Source of the DNA: an uncultured Gammaproteobacteria bacterium | GTDB lineage: Bacteria > Patescibacteriota > Microgenomatia > UBA10105 > UBA927 | DNA length: 64,000 nt | Assembly: GCA_964553825.1 (NCBI GenBank) | Contig: CAZKLT010000004.1 | Location: 3,137-67,136, forward strand | Direction of reading: 5' to 3' | Shown: positions 37,345 through 46,696 of the stretch, in pieces | How the letters are laid out: every line of letters starts with the position of its first letter | Numbering within the stretch: the stretch's first letter is position 1 | The notes under the pieces: model-generated | Told to the model about the DNA's origin: nothing | The model's input: the letters and a program-made list of their open reading frames with translations, nothing else | Databases searched by the model: none | Program-made: the position numbers and the translations under genes

Positions 37345-38070
37345 CTAGAAGTGTATATCGACATCCGGAAGTATGGCGCGGATGCGTGCCTTTTCTGTCT
37401 CAGAAATAAGATTTCCTCCCACATACAGTCGTTTTAGTGTACCGTTAAGTTTTGTCATGGAGTCAGGCAGCGTCCTGAGCCTATTGGACCGGGCATCCAG
37501 GACGGTCAGCGCCGTAAGATTGCCGATCGAATCGGGAAGCGTGGTGAGGCGATTGTCATAGATGTGCAGCGTGGTGAGGCGCGTAAGCGCTCCGATGGAA
37601 TCCGGAAGGGTCTCAAGCGCGTTTCCGCCCAGCTTCAGTGTCTCCAGCCGTGTAAGATTGCCAATCGTATCCGGAAGGTGCATTATGCGCTGGTCCTGTA
37701 TTTGCAGTCGGGTGAGCGAGGTAAGCGACCCGAGAGAAGCAGGAACGACGCGTACGTTTCCCCGGACAACTCCATAGCGGGCGAGCTGTTTCATGGGCAG
37801 AAGGGTGTCGATGTGAAGCGCGTTGATGTTGCATACCGGCGAATAGTCCAGCGTCGTTACCCGGGGCAATTTTTCCCAGACAGCGCGCAGTGACCTGCCG
37901 GCATCCCGGTCATACGTGCCCAGCGTCTCACAGTATTCCACCGGATCGTACGCCAGTTGTCTTGCAACGGGTTGAACCAGGAGTGTCGCGCCGGATACCC
38001 ATCCGGCAAAAAGGGACACACCCCACAGAAGAAGGGAAAAAGCCGGTGTGTGTCGTGCCTGCATGCGCAT
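37345..38070 (-). CDS. Signal-anchored leucine-rich repeat protein
   Basis: N-terminal TM, then LRRs (LPDSIG.LT.L..L.I.DN.L). Ends in LP....F like the other LRR gene. Confidence 0.9.
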   Translation of the reverse strand: MRMQARHTPAFSLLLWGVSLFAGWVSGATLLVQPVARQLAYDPVEYCETLGTYDRDAGRSLRAVWEKLPRVTTLDYSPVCNINALHIDTLLPMKQLARYGVVRGNVRVVPASLGSLTSLTRLQIQDQRIMHLPDTIGNLTRLETLKLGGNALETLPDSIGALTRLTTLHIYDNRLTTLPDSIGNLTALTVLDARSNRLRTLPDSMTKLNGTLKRLYVGGNLISETEKARIRAILPDVDIHF

Positions 38071-38106
38071 AGAATTCGTATACCTGCTATCATTATAGCA
38101 ACGATT

Positions 38107-38613
38107 ATGACAGCGGCGAAACAGGCTCTCTCCTACGAAACGTGGGGCATCTTGGTTGTTTTCTTTCTTCTTGCGGCTGTGGCGTATTTTATCCGTTTCG
38201 TCGATACGCCGTCGCGGAAAATTTTTGGTGCGCAGATGTTTAACCAGGTTACGAACCGTGCGGACATGCCGATATGGGAGAACCCCGATTTCCCGCGTCA
38301 GGCAGGTTTACTTGAGATTTTTTCCATAAATGGCATGCTTGTGTTTGATGGTCACTTTGAACGACCTCTTCCCAAGACATCACTTGTCGTGTGGGTGCAT
38401 GTGGGAAGCTGTCGGCACATGGGAGAGAGGCGCTACGTACTGCCGCCGACATCAGCAGAAGCATCGGTCTGGTGGACGAGTTTGTATGCGTTCCCCTGGG
38501 AGCGGCTTTCGGGTGAGCTTCCGCTTGCGGTTTCGTTTCGCGATCCGGACGGTGAGCATGCGATATATTATTGCGCTGATATTCTGATGGAACAGGAAGG
38601 AGAGGCACCATGA
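38107..38613 (+). CDS. Membrane-anchored protein with a degenerate Cu/Zn-SOD-like or CHRD-like fold
   Basis: TM, then V.VH.GSC...G...Y.L...PLAV......YYCADI. Likely start 38107. Overlaps the next gene by ATGA. Confidence 0.45.
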   Translation: MTAAKQALSYETWGILVVFFLLAAVAYFIRFVDTPSRKIFGAQMFNQVTNRADMPIWENPDFPRQAGLLEIFSINGMLVFDGHFERPLPKTSLVVWVHVGSCRHMGERRYVLPPTSAEASVWWTSLYAFPWERLSGELPLAVSFRDPDGEHAIYYCADILMEQEGEAP

Positions 38614-39014
38614 GTGCATGGATACTCGCGGCACTTGTGTTTTGTCTAAGCGCGGTGGTTTCGGCGTACGTATCGCTTGCGCGCACAGCGTATGATCTGG
38701 TCGTGAACGATCAACCGGTCGGGACATCGATTGTGGTTGAGCGGCTGGTGCTTGAAAAAGGAGGCTATCTTGCCATCACACCGCTTTCCGGTCCAAACAC
38801 GCAGCAGTCAGTTTCCGACTATATGCCTGCAGGCGTATTTACTGATTTCAATGTGGATATCTATTGGGGAGACGAGCTTGATCTTCCGGCGCAGACGCCG
38901 GTAGTTGTACGGATCCTCGTGGATAACGGGGATGTGTACTTTGACTCGGAATTTGATGTACCTGCCCGAAACGCGCAGGGGCAGATGTATGAAAAAACGA
39001 TTGTCCTTCGGTAG
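38610..39014 (+). CDS. Secreted DUF7282-like protein, copy 4
   Basis: Signal peptide, then VNDQPVGTSIVV..L.LEKGGYLAI...AG.F...DNGD..FD...D.P. Confidence 0.6.
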   Translation: MSAWILAALVFCLSAVVSAYVSLARTAYDLVVNDQPVGTSIVVERLVLEKGGYLAITPLSGPNTQQSVSDYMPAGVFTDFNVDIYWGDELDLPAQTPVVVRILVDNGDVYFDSEFDVPARNAQGQMYEKTIVLR

Positions 39015-40128
39015 ACTGGCCGTTGTTGTCGCGCTTGCTGTCCTGTGCGGCTTGGCGGCAGGTGCTTTGTTTAGAGGAATCAGAGGGGAGACGCTGAGGG
39101 AGCATGTCGCCTCCGCGTTTACATCCTGCGCAGAACCCACGAAGGAATTCGACTACAACTGTCTGCGAACGGTCATGACGCCGCTTGTGCGTGAGGATAC
39201 GCTTACACCCGTAATGGAGCACCTGCACGATATTTTTTCGTCGCCTGATGTTTCGCTTCAGACGCATGGTGCGCTGACGTGTCATCCGTCCGGCCATGTG
39301 GCAGGAGAGATAGCCGCAGAGAAACACATAGCGTTTTCCCGTATTACGCAGTTGTGCGGCGCGTCGTGCGATTACGGATGCACACATGGGGCATTTGTGG
39401 TAACGCTGCGGCGTGATCCTGGCTTTCTGGACAGAGTGGGTACCCTGTGCGATGAACTTTCTTCTTCCGGTATACGGCGGCAAATGTCTTCGTGTGGGCA
39501 TGTCGTCGGCCATGGGTTGGCCGAGGTATTTGCCAGCAACACTGACAAGGCTCTCGGGTATTGCGATGCGATTGATGATGCGTCCGCGCGTCATGCCTGT
39601 GGGCAGGGGGTTATGATGGAACAGCTTATTGGACTGCCAGACCGGCCAAAGAATATACCGTTGTCGTTGGAAAGCGTGCTGGTATTTTGCGACAGCCTTC
39701 CGGGTGTCTATAGGAAAGAGTGTTTCGATAACGTAGGAACGTATGCCGGACGGATTACGCAAACGGTACAGGAGGCGAAAGATGTCTGCACGCATGTTCC
39801 TGCTGAGTCAGCCGTGGCGTGTGTACAATCTCTTGGCGGCGTGGCGTACTATCATTTCCGGCATGAACCGGAGCAAATGAGCGCATACTGTCGCTCGATG
39901 GACAGTGCAGTGCAGGCGCCGTGCGTTCGGGGCGTTCTGGAGACCAGCGTCGGCGAAAAAGACCGCTTATGGTATGGCAATGCCCTCTGCAGGACATTTG
40001 CGCAATCCGCCCGCAGGGATTGTTTCGCATACTTCGGTATCCAGGTGGGCATGGCCTGGGGAGACCAGGTACGGGCAGATACGTGCAGTGCGCTGGAGAA
40101 AGAGGATATGCAGGCGTGTCAATTATGA
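38989..40128 (+). CDS. Five-His Cys-rich secreted protein, paralog 1
   Basis: TM anchor; CHPSGH, CDYGCTHG, CGHVVGHG and CGQGVMME. Start MKKRLS at 38989. Confidence 0.85.
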   Translation: MKKRLSFGRLAVVVALAVLCGLAAGALFRGIRGETLREHVASAFTSCAEPTKEFDYNCLRTVMTPLVREDTLTPVMEHLHDIFSSPDVSLQTHGALTCHPSGHVAGEIAAEKHIAFSRITQLCGASCDYGCTHGAFVVTLRRDPGFLDRVGTLCDELSSSGIRRQMSSCGHVVGHGLAEVFASNTDKALGYCDAIDDASARHACGQGVMMEQLIGLPDRPKNIPLSLESVLVFCDSLPGVYRKECFDNVGTYAGRITQTVQEAKDVCTHVPAESAVACVQSLGGVAYYHFRHEPEQMSAYCRSMDSAVQAPCVRGVLETSVGEKDRLWYGNALCRTFAQSARRDCFAYFGIQVGMAWGDQVRADTCSALEKEDMQACQL

Positions 40129-41066
40129 ATATCCGCACCATTTTTTCCCGCCTTCCGGTGCCCATGAGGTGGGTCATCCTGCTTGGGGCAATCGGGATAG
40201 CGCTTTTTGCCGTTACCAAGACAGGATATACCGACCGCCGGCATCCAGCGCTTCTGAGTGGCAGGGAAGTCGTACGGGTGCGTGGACAGATTACGCGTGT
40301 CATGCGGACGAAAGGGCCGCGGGTAGCGTATGCATACGCCAAGACATTGTTTCCGTACGACACATCGGGTGTTTCCCAGCACTTGACGATGCATATCTTT
40401 GCGGAAGTGGCGTACGGCCGGTACGGCGCCACCGCCATGGCGTATTGTGATCGGGAGTTTTCATATGGGTGCTATCATGGCTTTTTGGGGCAGAATATTG
40501 CCCGTGAGGGTCTGGACGCGGCGCGAGATCTTTTTCTGGCATGTAAGGATGAACCGAATGTCATCGCATGCCAGCATGGGATCGGGCATGGCATTATGCA
40601 ATATATGGGCCACAGACGTTTGAAGGATGCTCTTGATGCTTGTGTGCAGATCGGCGCACCCGTCGCCGCGACCGGATGCTTCGGTGGTGCGTATATGGAG
40701 TATCACTTTCCCGCGTTGTCAGCCGGCGGGGCACAGACGGCGATGCGGTTTGATCCAGAGAATCCGTATGACGTCTGTCCTGAGCTCCCGACTGCGTACC
40801 AGTCGTCGTGTTACTTCCGTCTGGCCGAGTGGTGGGAGCAGATTCTTAGCCGTAACTACCGCCTGATGGGCGGACTGTGTGCCAGGATAGGGGAGAGCGG
40901 GATGCGTGAGCAGTGCTTTACCGCCATCGGGGCAACGAGTTTTACCACCGGGGGACATATCCGGCAGGGGGTTATCGATGCCTGCAATCAGGCGACAGGC
41001 AGCCCGGGATACGAGCGGTACCGGGATATCTGTTTGCGGGGATTTGATACACAGAGTCAACGTTGA
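40125..41066 (+). CDS. Five-His Cys-rich secreted protein, paralog 2
   Basis: ATGA overlap with paralog 1; QHLTMH, YGCYHG, CQHGIGHG and CFGGAYMEY. Confidence 0.85.
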   Translation: MNIRTIFSRLPVPMRWVILLGAIGIALFAVTKTGYTDRRHPALLSGREVVRVRGQITRVMRTKGPRVAYAYAKTLFPYDTSGVSQHLTMHIFAEVAYGRYGATAMAYCDREFSYGCYHGFLGQNIAREGLDAARDLFLACKDEPNVIACQHGIGHGIMQYMGHRRLKDALDACVQIGAPVAATGCFGGAYMEYHFPALSAGGAQTAMRFDPENPYDVCPELPTAYQSSCYFRLAEWWEQILSRNYRLMGGLCARIGESGMREQCFTAIGATSFTTGGHIRQGVIDACNQATGSPGYERYRDICLRGFDTQSQR

Positions 41067-41072
41067 TCAGGC

Positions 41073-42161
41073 TTAGTTCTTCCAGACGTTGTGGACCAGG
41101 ATGCCCTCCGTGAAGTAATTGTGCTGTTCTCCCGGAAGGCTGAGGTTGTAGACGGGCGGATTTTCGTCTACTGCTGTAATGCTGCCCACGAGTAGCTGGT
41201 TTCCCTGGGGGTCAAGGAGCATATCGTTCACGCGAATAGCGTCGGCTCTGAGCCACGCCTTCCTGTTTTCCACCCAGATATTGTGACCTTTCGTGACACG
41301 CAGTGTCCCGTTGATCACCAGATACCCTGCTTCCTGCGACTCCGGATCTTCCGAGGGACTTGTATGAACCAGAAGCGCGGCTACAGGATTGGGTACCAGA
41401 GTTTCTGTCGTTAGGTCGTAGGAGAGTACAACGTCGCCCGGTCTGATATCCTGTATTTCCTTCAGGGTGCCGTCTGCCATAAGTACCTTGGTGCCAGCCA
41501 GGAAACATCCGCCATAGCTGCCATATGATGATTGCCCGTACCCATAATAGCTTGCTTGTCCATAGCCATAGCTGTAAGAATAGTAGCTGCTTTGGCTATA
41601 GGCATAGTAGTTGGATTGGCTATAGGCATAGTAGTTTGCCTGGCCGTAATTATAGTAGGTGGATTCGGAGTAGGAATAGCAATTATTGGTGTACTGCCCA
41701 TTACCGTCGTCGCAATCTGCACTGAGGGACTTCATGAGGCCAATTCTTCTTCTTCCGGGTGCAGACGCATCATAGTATTGGGCAGTGGGACTAAACCACC
41801 CGTCTGCATCCGCGTCATCAATCCAAAGACCGTTGCCTACCAGAAGCTGGCCGCTGCCGATTGCAATACCACCCGCGCCGTTGATGATAAATTGTCCGGC
41901 AATGATTTTCTGGCTTGACGAGAGGGTCAGATTGTAATCTCCCAGAGTGATGGTAGCGGAATTTGTCGTGGATGATTCGCTGTTTTGCGGGTTGTCTACC
42001 CCGTCAATCGTATATGAGTATGTACAGGAAGCCGTGAGGACGACGTTGCCGTATGTTGTCGCAGGACGGGCACAATCAGCTAACACCGTGTGTTTCGGCG
42101 CGAGAAGGAGCAAGAATACGAGTGCGCAAAGTAATGCAAGGGGTGTGAAAAGTCTTTTCAT
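41073..42161 (-). CDS. Secreted protein with MopE-like DxDxDG/DCDD motif, Tyr-rich octapeptide repeats and C-terminal Hint domain
   Basis: Signal peptide; DADADGW...DCDD; repeats at residues 162-218; Hint domain with C219-FLAGT, block B TKGH and block F/G VYNL...HNYF.EGILVHN, followed by VWKN. Confidence 0.9.
   Translation of the reverse strand: MKRLFTPLALLCALVFLLLLAPKHTVLADCARPATTYGNVVLTASCTYSYTIDGVDNPQNSESSTTNSATITLGDYNLTLSSSQKIIAGQFIINGAGGIAIGSGQLLVGNGLWIDDADADGWFSPTAQYYDASAPGRRRIGLMKSLSADCDDGNGQYTNNCYSYSESTYYNYGQANYYAYSQSNYYAYSQSSYYSYSYGYGQASYYGYGQSSYGSYGGCFLAGTKVLMADGTLKEIQDIRPGDVVLSYDLTTETLVPNPVAALLVHTSPSEDPESQEAGYLVINGTLRVTKGHNIWVENRKAWLRADAIRVNDMLLDPQGNQLLVGSITAVDENPPVYNLSLPGEQHNYFTEGILVHNVWKN
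41508..41678 (-). repeat. Coding tandem repeat, 24-nt unit encoding YxY[SG][QE][SA]xY
   Basis: YSYSESTY YNYGQANY YAYSQSNY YAYSQSSY (YSYS) YGYGQASY YGYGQSSY GSYGG. Confidence 0.9.
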
Positions 42162-42164
42162 ATG

Positions 42165-42740
42165 TTAGCGAAACGCAAAGCCGCCTGTATAGGTTTCATC
42201 TGTGCCGACCAGGGTGAAGTCGAGATAGTATATTTCGTTGTAGGTGTCGTCAGAAATGCGAGTCGCTTGCCACGTGCCGTTGGTGTCGGTACCCGCGATA
42301 CGCGTAAATGTGAGTGGTGTTTTCTTCGTATCGGTGTCGAGCCGCGCCGTGACCGACGTGATGGGGGATGTATGGGTGGCCTTTACGGTGATCGTCTGAG
42401 TGACACCGGGTTTCACGCCAAGCGGATCAAGGCTGAATTCGTAGATTTTGGGGCCCTTGGCTTTTGGACCCGGAGCATATTGGAATGTTTCTTTCCCGGG
42501 ATTAAGAAGTCGGGGAGACGGCTTGGGTCGCATGCTGGCGGTAGGAGTAGCGCCGCCCGATTCTTCTGCGGGCACACCGCTTAACCAAGAAACCATCTCA
42601 CCCTTTTGCGTAAAAATGTAGAATGCCAATAGAAGTACAATAGCACCAATGCCTATAAAAAGAGGGGTATTGGAGATGCCGTTGGACCTTACCTTATTCA
42701 CGATATGATTTCTTTTAGACTTTGCCTTATGTAATTTCAT
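42165..42740 (-). CDS. Membrane-anchored protein with an Ig-like beta domain
   Basis: Basic N-terminus, TM, Pro/Thr linker and beta-rich C-terminal domain. Ends 3 bp before the Hint gene, so the two are likely co-transcribed. Confidence 0.75.
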   Translation of the reverse strand: MKLHKAKSKRNHIVNKVRSNGISNTPLFIGIGAIVLLLAFYIFTQKGEMVSWLSGVPAEESGGATPTASMRPKPSPRLLNPGKETFQYAPGPKAKGPKIYEFSLDPLGVKPGVTQTITVKATHTSPITSVTARLDTDTKKTPLTFTRIAGTDTNGTWQATRISDDTYNEIYYLDFTLVGTDETYTGGFAFR

Positions 42741-42758
42741 GACAATGTCCTTATCTTC

Positions 42759-42787
42759 ATCCTAGGAATACGCACATCTCTTGTCAA
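42759..42787 (-). promoter_or_regulatory. Sigma70-type promoter for the 42740/42161 operon
   Basis: On the minus strand, TTGACA (42787-82), a 17-nt spacer, then TAGGAT (42764-59). AAGGA precedes ATG 42740. Confidence 0.55.
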
Positions 42788-42865
42788 GGGGTAAACGTGA
42801 TATACGTTACTGACCGTTTACTATATAGTTGATACAACGATGTAAGATAGATTACTTGAGACTGA

Positions 42866-44047
42866 ATGAAAAAGGTGATATTTATCGGTGTTCTCGTGTT
42901 CCTTTTTGTTGCGTGGGCTTTCCGCGCCAAACCCCAGGTCAAATCGTACCCTGAAGTGTCCTATCTTGCAGCGCAGACTATGGACTTCGGACAGTTAAGT
43001 ACGTTTTTCACCAGGCTTGCGCAAACCAAGGGAGCCGCCTATGCGTTTGAGGTTCTCGGACAGGCGTCACTCCCGCCAAATACGGATATGCACCTGCTTG
43101 GTCATGTCGTGGGAGATGAATTATATAAAGAAAAAGGAATTGACGGGATGCGTATTTGTACGCAGGATTTTCGGAATGCCTGCTCTCATTCCATTGTTGT
43201 GGGATATTTTCTTGCCCATGGAGAAGAGGGATTGGGGGCGATAGCCGAAGCATGCAGAACTGCTCCGGGAGGAAGTGGCGCGTATACCATGTGTTTCCAC
43301 GGCCTTGGTCACGGTATTCTGGCAGCTGTTGACTACGATCTTCCCCGGGCTGTTGCCCTGTGCCAGAAAACGGGAACACTTCCGTACGGATACCGTGAGG
43401 CTTCCGAGTGTTCCAGCGGGGCCGTCATGGAGATTATATCCGGAGGGTTTCATAATAAGACACTTTGGGAAAAGGCCTCAAAACGCTATCTGTCCTTGAC
43501 CCAGCCGCTTCTTCCCTGTGTCGCTGACTATATGCCGGCAGTCGCGCGGCCGTCCTGTTTTGAATATCTCACTGGACACCTGGTTACGGCTGCGGGCGGC
43601 TCACTGGATACGGGTGTGCCGACGGATGAGGTCATTGTGCGCGCTATGCAAATGTGCACTCAGGTGGTTGACGCAGCTCCTCGGGATGCGTGTTACAAAG
43701 GATTTGGAAAAGAATTTATCGTCCTTGTGCACAATCGCGATACGCGGACATTGACGGATATGAACGATGAAGAAATGAACGAAACATACCGCCTGTGTGG
43801 CCTTGCTCGCGATACGCGCGGGGAACAGATGTGCCTGACGCATGCGCTTGATTCTCTCTACTGGGGAGGCGAAAACGATATCCGCGGGGCAGTACGGTTC
43901 TGTGCGCTGATGTCATCTCCGGTTATGAAGGAGACTTGTTTTGCGCACTTAACGGGTGCTATACAATTCTTTGCGAAGACCCCGAGGGAGAAAAACGAAG
44001 ACTGTGGAGCGCTTCCCGAAGCGTACAGAAGCAGGTGTTATGAATAA
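42866..44047 (+). CDS. Five-His Cys-rich secreted protein, paralog 3
   Basis: MHLLGH, NACSHS, CFHGLGHG and CSSGAVME. Confidence 0.85.
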   Translation: MKKVIFIGVLVFLFVAWAFRAKPQVKSYPEVSYLAAQTMDFGQLSTFFTRLAQTKGAAYAFEVLGQASLPPNTDMHLLGHVVGDELYKEKGIDGMRICTQDFRNACSHSIVVGYFLAHGEEGLGAIAEACRTAPGGSGAYTMCFHGLGHGILAAVDYDLPRAVALCQKTGTLPYGYREASECSSGAVMEIISGGFHNKTLWEKASKRYLSLTQPLLPCVADYMPAVARPSCFEYLTGHLVTAAGGSLDTGVPTDEVIVRAMQMCTQVVDAAPRDACYKGFGKEFIVLVHNRDTRTLTDMNDEEMNETYRLCGLARDTRGEQMCLTHALDSLYWGGENDIRGAVRFCALMSSPVMKETCFAHLTGAIQFFAKTPREKNEDCGALPEAYRSRCYE

Positions 44048-45524
44048 CAGAAAGGCGATAACAGGAGGGACGATTGCCGTTTTTGCCGCATGCGTGTGGG
44101 TGTTTTGGGCAAAGGCGTTCGTCGTGGGAGACGGCAGGAGTATAACGTTCCGTCAGGACGGTTACCGGCCCACGCGATTAACCGTGCGCGTCGGGGATTC
44201 CGTGACGTTCAGAAACAATTCGGGCAAGCCATTCTGGCCAGCCAGCAATAACCACCCAATCCATGAACTGTATCCCGAATTCGATCCGCGTAAGCCGATT
44301 GCTCCCGGTGAGTCATGGCAGTTTACGTTTACCCAAGAAGGAAAATGGCGTTTTCATGATCATATATATCCGGAATTTCGCGGCACGATCATGGTGCTCC
44401 CTCCGGGGAAAACCACCCTTCCGCCGCTTGACTGCAGTGCGTCTGCTGATGCCCAAACAAAAGGTCGCTGCTGGGAGGAAACCCTCAGTGATGCCCTGGA
44501 AACACGCGGCATTGCGGGCGCGTTCAAGGAATTTTCCCGATTGTATAAAACGGACACCGACTTCATACGCAGCGGGTGTCATGTGCACGCCCATAGGATC
44601 GGGGATGAATTTTTCCAGGCATATGCATCCAAGCTGCGGAAGCTGGAGGGCATAGAATTGCCCGTGGAAACTATGAGCTGTGGATACGGGTTTTTCCACG
44701 GATTGTTTGAACATTTTTTCCGGAAGTATCCGGATGTAGAATTGGCGCGGGCGATTTGTGACGACTTGGATTCGCGCTACAGCAAGACAATTCCGCTTAT
44801 CCGTATCAACTGTTTCCATGGCGCCGGTCACGGACTGATTGCGGATCCTCCCGATCCTTCATCCTGGGGAAACCCAAAGTCGCTTGTGGCTGGGCCGCTT
44901 GCGCTGTGTGCGCAAATTTCCCATATACCCGATGAATCGCATGCCTGCATTGACGGGATATTCAATGTCGTATCCAGTTGGATGGGGGACGCCAAGTACG
45001 GTATGAGCATAGACGCGGCAGATCCGTTCTGGCTTTGTGAATCAGTCCCCGACGTGGCAAAGGAATCCTGTTATTATGAACAAATTATGGTAATGAGCGA
45101 GATGGAGAATAGGGATCTGCTTGCAATTACGCGGAAATACGTGGCACCGATTGCGGATCCGCAGATCGCAAGGCTTGTTATGTTCTCGCTTGCGGCATCG
45201 TTCATGCAAAAAGACGTCGCACTTGCCGATCACGCGCATATGCTCGTGAATTGTAGAAATGTGCCCGCCGGTCTGAAAGAACGTTGTTTAGAAGGCGTGT
45301 TAAACGGTTTTAAGGGACATGGCGAACCGGGAAATGAATACAACAAAGCGCTGGCATTCTGTGCGCTTCCCCAGATGACGCGGGAGGAACAGCAGGTCTG
45401 TTATCCGTATCTGGTAAGGATTCTTTGGGAGTTATATCCGGCCCAAAAAGTGTTGTCTCTTTGTTCAATGATTCCCAGTGAATACAGAAATGCCTGCGAA
45501 ACACGGATGATTCAGCAAAACTAA
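44040..45524 (+). CDS. Cupredoxin-like domain + five-His Cys-rich domain, paralog 4
   Basis: WPASNNHPIH.LYPEFD...GKWRFHDH; CHVHAH, CGYGFFHG and CFHGAGHG. Start 44040. Confidence 0.85.
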   Translation: MNNRKAITGGTIAVFAACVWVFWAKAFVVGDGRSITFRQDGYRPTRLTVRVGDSVTFRNNSGKPFWPASNNHPIHELYPEFDPRKPIAPGESWQFTFTQEGKWRFHDHIYPEFRGTIMVLPPGKTTLPPLDCSASADAQTKGRCWEETLSDALETRGIAGAFKEFSRLYKTDTDFIRSGCHVHAHRIGDEFFQAYASKLRKLEGIELPVETMSCGYGFFHGLFEHFFRKYPDVELARAICDDLDSRYSKTIPLIRINCFHGAGHGLIADPPDPSSWGNPKSLVAGPLALCAQISHIPDESHACIDGIFNVVSSWMGDAKYGMSIDAADPFWLCESVPDVAKESCYYEQIMVMSEMENRDLLAITRKYVAPIADPQIARLVMFSLAASFMQKDVALADHAHMLVNCRNVPAGLKERCLEGVLNGFKGHGEPGNEYNKALAFCALPQMTREEQQVCYPYLVRILWELYPAQKVLSLCSMIPSEYRNACETRMIQQN

Positions 45525-45526
45525 CG

Positions 45527-46696
45527 ATGAAAACTGTCATATCGCACCGTTTCCCTTTCGTCATAGGTTTTGTTCTCGTGTTGGCTATCGGCGCAGGTCT
45601 CTTTGCGGGGAGTGGACAATTTGGCCGGCCTACCTGTGATCAGAAAGATGCGGAAGCACTGAAAAAATGTTGGGAAGCGGTGGTGTCAGTGTCTATGAAG
45701 AAGGGAGATATCGCAGGCGCATTTGATTCGCTGGCTGACCTCTATGGTGCCGCACCTAATCTGGGAGAAACGTGTCATAGTCTTACTCATGAGATAGGCC
45801 GAACGGCGTATCGGTTGTTTGCGCGCGATGTTGACTTTGGCATTACGCCGAAAACCGCATACTGTTCCTATGGCTTTTACCATGGGTTTATGGAAGAGCT
45901 GGTTTTGGCAAAAGGCGACATGAAGCTTGCGCGGGAATTTTGCAGTTATGTGGATCAGCAGCTTGTAAAGGTGAGTCCGGACGTGACGCTTCAGTGTTAT
46001 CACGGTATCGGGCACGGAACCGTCAATAATCATGATCCAAGAACATGGGGAGATCCGCAGAAGCTTATCGACCCGGCCATTGCGCTGTGTGAGGAAGTGG
46101 CGACGAATGACAGCGAAGTAAACCGATGTGCAACCGGGGTCTATAACGGACTTGCCGTTTTTTACAGCAACGGCGAATACAAATTAACGCTTGACCGAAA
46201 TGATCCGGTCGGCATTTGCAGAAGGCAGCCAGAGAAGTACCAGGATGCCTGTTATGTCAGTTTCAATACGCTTCTTTTGGGGTTGACGGGATATGATTTG
46301 GCAAAGGCTGCGACGTACCTTGCCCATATTCCCCAGGATGTGATTGCACAGCATGCCATGATTAACCTGGCATCTCCCGTCGGCACCAAACATATCACGG
46401 AAACAGACCATGCTCCAACGATTTCTGTCTGCCGGTCGCTGCCCGCGCGTATTCGGCTTGCGTGCATTCAGGGATATGCGTTTGGTTTTTTGGAACACGG
46501 TGAACCGACGAAAGAATACATAAAACCTCTTCAATTTTGCGAATCAAATCAGCTTACTACAGAAGAGCAAAATGCATGCTTTGAGTACATTTTAGGGTAT
46601 CTTCCCAGATGGTATGCCAAAGAGAAAGTTTTGATGATTTGTTCGGATCTTAATCCGAAATGGAAGGAATATTGTGAGAAGCAAACTATTCAATAG
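45527..46696 (+). CDS. Five-His Cys-rich secreted protein, paralog 5
   Basis: CHSLTH, CSYGFYHGFME, CYHGIGHG and CATGVYN. Confidence 0.85.
   Translation: MKTVISHRFPFVIGFVLVLAIGAGLFAGSGQFGRPTCDQKDAEALKKCWEAVVSVSMKKGDIAGAFDSLADLYGAAPNLGETCHSLTHEIGRTAYRLFARDVDFGITPKTAYCSYGFYHGFMEELVLAKGDMKLAREFCSYVDQQLVKVSPDVTLQCYHGIGHGTVNNHDPRTWGDPQKLIDPAIALCEEVATNDSEVNRCATGVYNGLAVFYSNGEYKLTLDRNDPVGICRRQPEKYQDACYVSFNTLLLGLTGYDLAKAATYLAHIPQDVIAQHAMINLASPVGTKHITETDHAPTISVCRSLPARIRLACIQGYAFGFLEHGEPTKEYIKPLQFCESNQLTTEEQNACFEYILGYLPRWYAKEKVLMICSDLNPKWKEYCEKQTIQ

Noticed and set aside
38848-39795. 315-aa minus-strand ORF
   Set aside because: It is an Arg-rich antisense shadow of DUF copy 4 and paralog 1.
39921-40124. 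N-terminal extensions in the ORF track (e.g. 37957, 38905, 39921, 43956, 60742)
   Set aside because: They overlap neighbouring genes. Downstream ATGs give proper signal anchors and short overlaps, so starts were trimmed.
41073-41507. Hint domain as a true splicing intein or a polymorphic-toxin pretoxin Hint
   Set aside because: The residue after His-Asn is Val, with only 4 aa left. There is no homing endonuclease, toxin domain or immunity gene.
41508-41678. 24-nt periodic sequence as a CRISPR array
   Set aside because: It is an in-frame degenerate coding repeat with no unique spacers, and there are no cas genes.
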